From Catajapyx aquilonaris (lineage: Eukaryota): a stretch of DNA of 38,367 bases. The notes beneath the pieces were generated by a model, which worked only from the letters and a program-made list of their open reading frames with translations, made no database searches and was not told the origin of the DNA. Location of the stretch: the NCBI GenBank assembly GCA_000934665.2, contig JYFJ02003725.1, positions 1 through 38,367 on the forward strand, given 5' to 3'. The position numbers and the translations under genes were made by a program. Positions 36,481-38,367 of the stretch are shown piece after piece; position 1 is the first letter of the stretch; each line of letters starts with the position of its first letter.

Positions 36481-37559
36481 GAAAACATGCATATTTCAAA
36501 AATTATTTTCTCAAAAAAGCCATTTTTAATATTATTATATTGTTTTATTAATTTATCTGGGCAAGTGCAACTGGGCATCACAATTAAAATTTGCATTGAG
36601 ATTAAATTTTTTTTGACAATCTCCCATTGAGCTGTTGACTAATTATTCGCATAGTGGACTAGAGCTGGCTGAAGAAAGCTTGACCTTGGCACACTGATGA
36701 GGACCTGCAATTCAGGAATCGCATTAAACAACAGAATGATGATCTGCATCTTGGTGTGTTAAATGTTGCTGGCGATTAATAATGAAGTAACAAAGTAGTA
36801 GTAATGAAGTTGGTTTGCTTTTATTGTAATCCACTTTTGGGCTCGAAAATTATGTCGGTTGAAACAGGCCCTTACAGGACTGGACAAATAATGTAAATCG
36901 CATTTCAATGTATTAGAGCTTGATTTTAAAAAAAGGGGGGGCAACAGTGGTCCATTGTGTTATGCATTAAACTGGGGTATCTGATTTCACAGGATCTACT
37001 GAGATGCAACGCATGTACCTAGGCATTTGACCACAAGGTCATAGCCACTGCAGCTGGGAGGGTGGGGGGTGGGAAAGGAGCCACCACCCCCTTCCCCCTA
37101 CTTGGCCTTCCCCACTCCCCCCTTCTTGGCCTTGCCTCTCTCTCTCTTGTGTCTAGACCTGCCTGTGAGAGAGGATGTGCCCCCACATCTGCAACCATAC
37201 GACCATCCCTACTTGACAGACCTGGAATGCACAGAAGGTGATACTAATCAAAATCAGGTCATTCAAAGGTGGCCGCAATATGCCATCCCATTGCAATAGT
37301 TAATTAGCAATATAGATAATCGTACTATATTTCTTGCCAAAATCCCTGTTTGACTCTCAAATGCACTTGGGCAGATAATTATGATACTGTGTTATTCATT
37401 GGTCTTCCCAGGTGCTACTGGGCCTTGGAAGTAAAATGTTCAATGAGATCAAAATTTTAAACCAGCTGTGATCAGCAAGGACATTACTACATGCGAAATA
37501 GAGAATGTGTGGCATCCATCAGGGTCATTATGTTGTGGCTACACCATAATGGGAATTAA

Positions 37560-37612
37560 AAGAAGTGAAGACGACTGATCAAATGTGTTCATTTTCAGAT
37601 GAATCAAGACCA
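37560..37612 (+). mobile_element. Tiny Tc1-like transposase relic
   Basis: gaagacgactgatcaaatgtgttcattttcagatgaatcaaga resembles the W-x-x-V-x-F-S-D-E-S-R motif; heavily decayed. Confidence 0.35.
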
Positions 37613-38367
37613 TAAAAATCAGCGTAAACCCATCCCGTATAAAGAAGGACCTTCAAGAATGGGGACTATTTGACCGACATTGTGAGGCAACAGTCTAATG
37701 GTAATGCGACCCATCCCATCTTCATGCACACACCTATATCAGCCAATCGCTGCCTCTCGACCCGCCTCTCCATTCGACCCAATTAGGATCAGAGCCCAGC
37801 TCATCATCAGTCTTTGCTCTTCAGCCCAGGAATGGATTGGACAGGACCGTAACTTCACATGACCATTCATTTCATTTTGTGGCTACCTGAGTTGCACAAT
37901 ACGAGTATTTAACCCCTGTGTTGTAGATCTGTGGTTGGACATGTACATGTTGCGGCTGTGTAGTTTTATTTGCCCTGAGGCCTCAAGGCGTGTGATAGAT
38001 GGCTGGTGGTGGTTGAACAAAGTGTGGTTTGTGTTGTTCACATGCTGTTTTGGGGGAAGAATAACCGCTAGGCAAACTGGGCTCGCCATTGGTAATGCAC
38101 TCCACACGCCCCATTTGGCTGATTCGTACTGCCTTGTCTAATGTCGTCTCATTTCAATGGTTGCAGGATGATGCTGTAGAAGACGTGGTGGTTGGCCTTC
38201 TCGATTATTATCGATGGGAGATTTGATGAGAATGCAAATGCGGTGGTGGTTTGCAGTTTGAACTAATGCCGATGAATTTCAGGTGGATGGCTGCATCGGA
38301 CTGTTCGGGAGGAAATGTCTGCAAGGTCTGAATCCACCAAAACTGAAGACAAGGCAGGACACCACTT

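Noticed and set aside
37700..38367. Short ORFs at the window end
   Set aside because: No recognisable motif or splice structure; left unassigned.

Overview
Eukaryotic (most likely arthropod/insect; species not determinable here) genomic window, with one small assembly gap (9 Ns at 3863-3871). About 1.2-32 kb is a tandem cluster of + strand C2H2 zinc-finger genes that share one architecture: a conserved upstream element (octamer ATTTGCAT, A-tract, YY1/Pho-like AAGATGGCCGCC), then a phase-0 acidic exon (MSLILRIKKEE...EDDPLAGGSGRTSG|gt), an intron, and a phase-0 finger exon (ag|VVQV...). Four units look intact (A 12 fingers, B 4, C 10, D 13). Two are pseudogenes (E, H), one finger exon has no acidic exon of its own (F), and one acidic exon has no finger exon (G). 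In unit G an intron-containing piggyBac transposase with intact DDD motifs sits where the finger exon should be and can be spliced in frame to the acidic exon, giving a predicted 719-aa host-transposase fusion. Downstream is a multi-exon gene for an acidic/coiled-coil/BEN-domain protein, followed by tandem repeats and a piggyBac-like TTAA terminus. Introns carry many nested SINEs and MITEs, several with readable target-site duplications. All gene models are inferred from splice signals and reading frame only.
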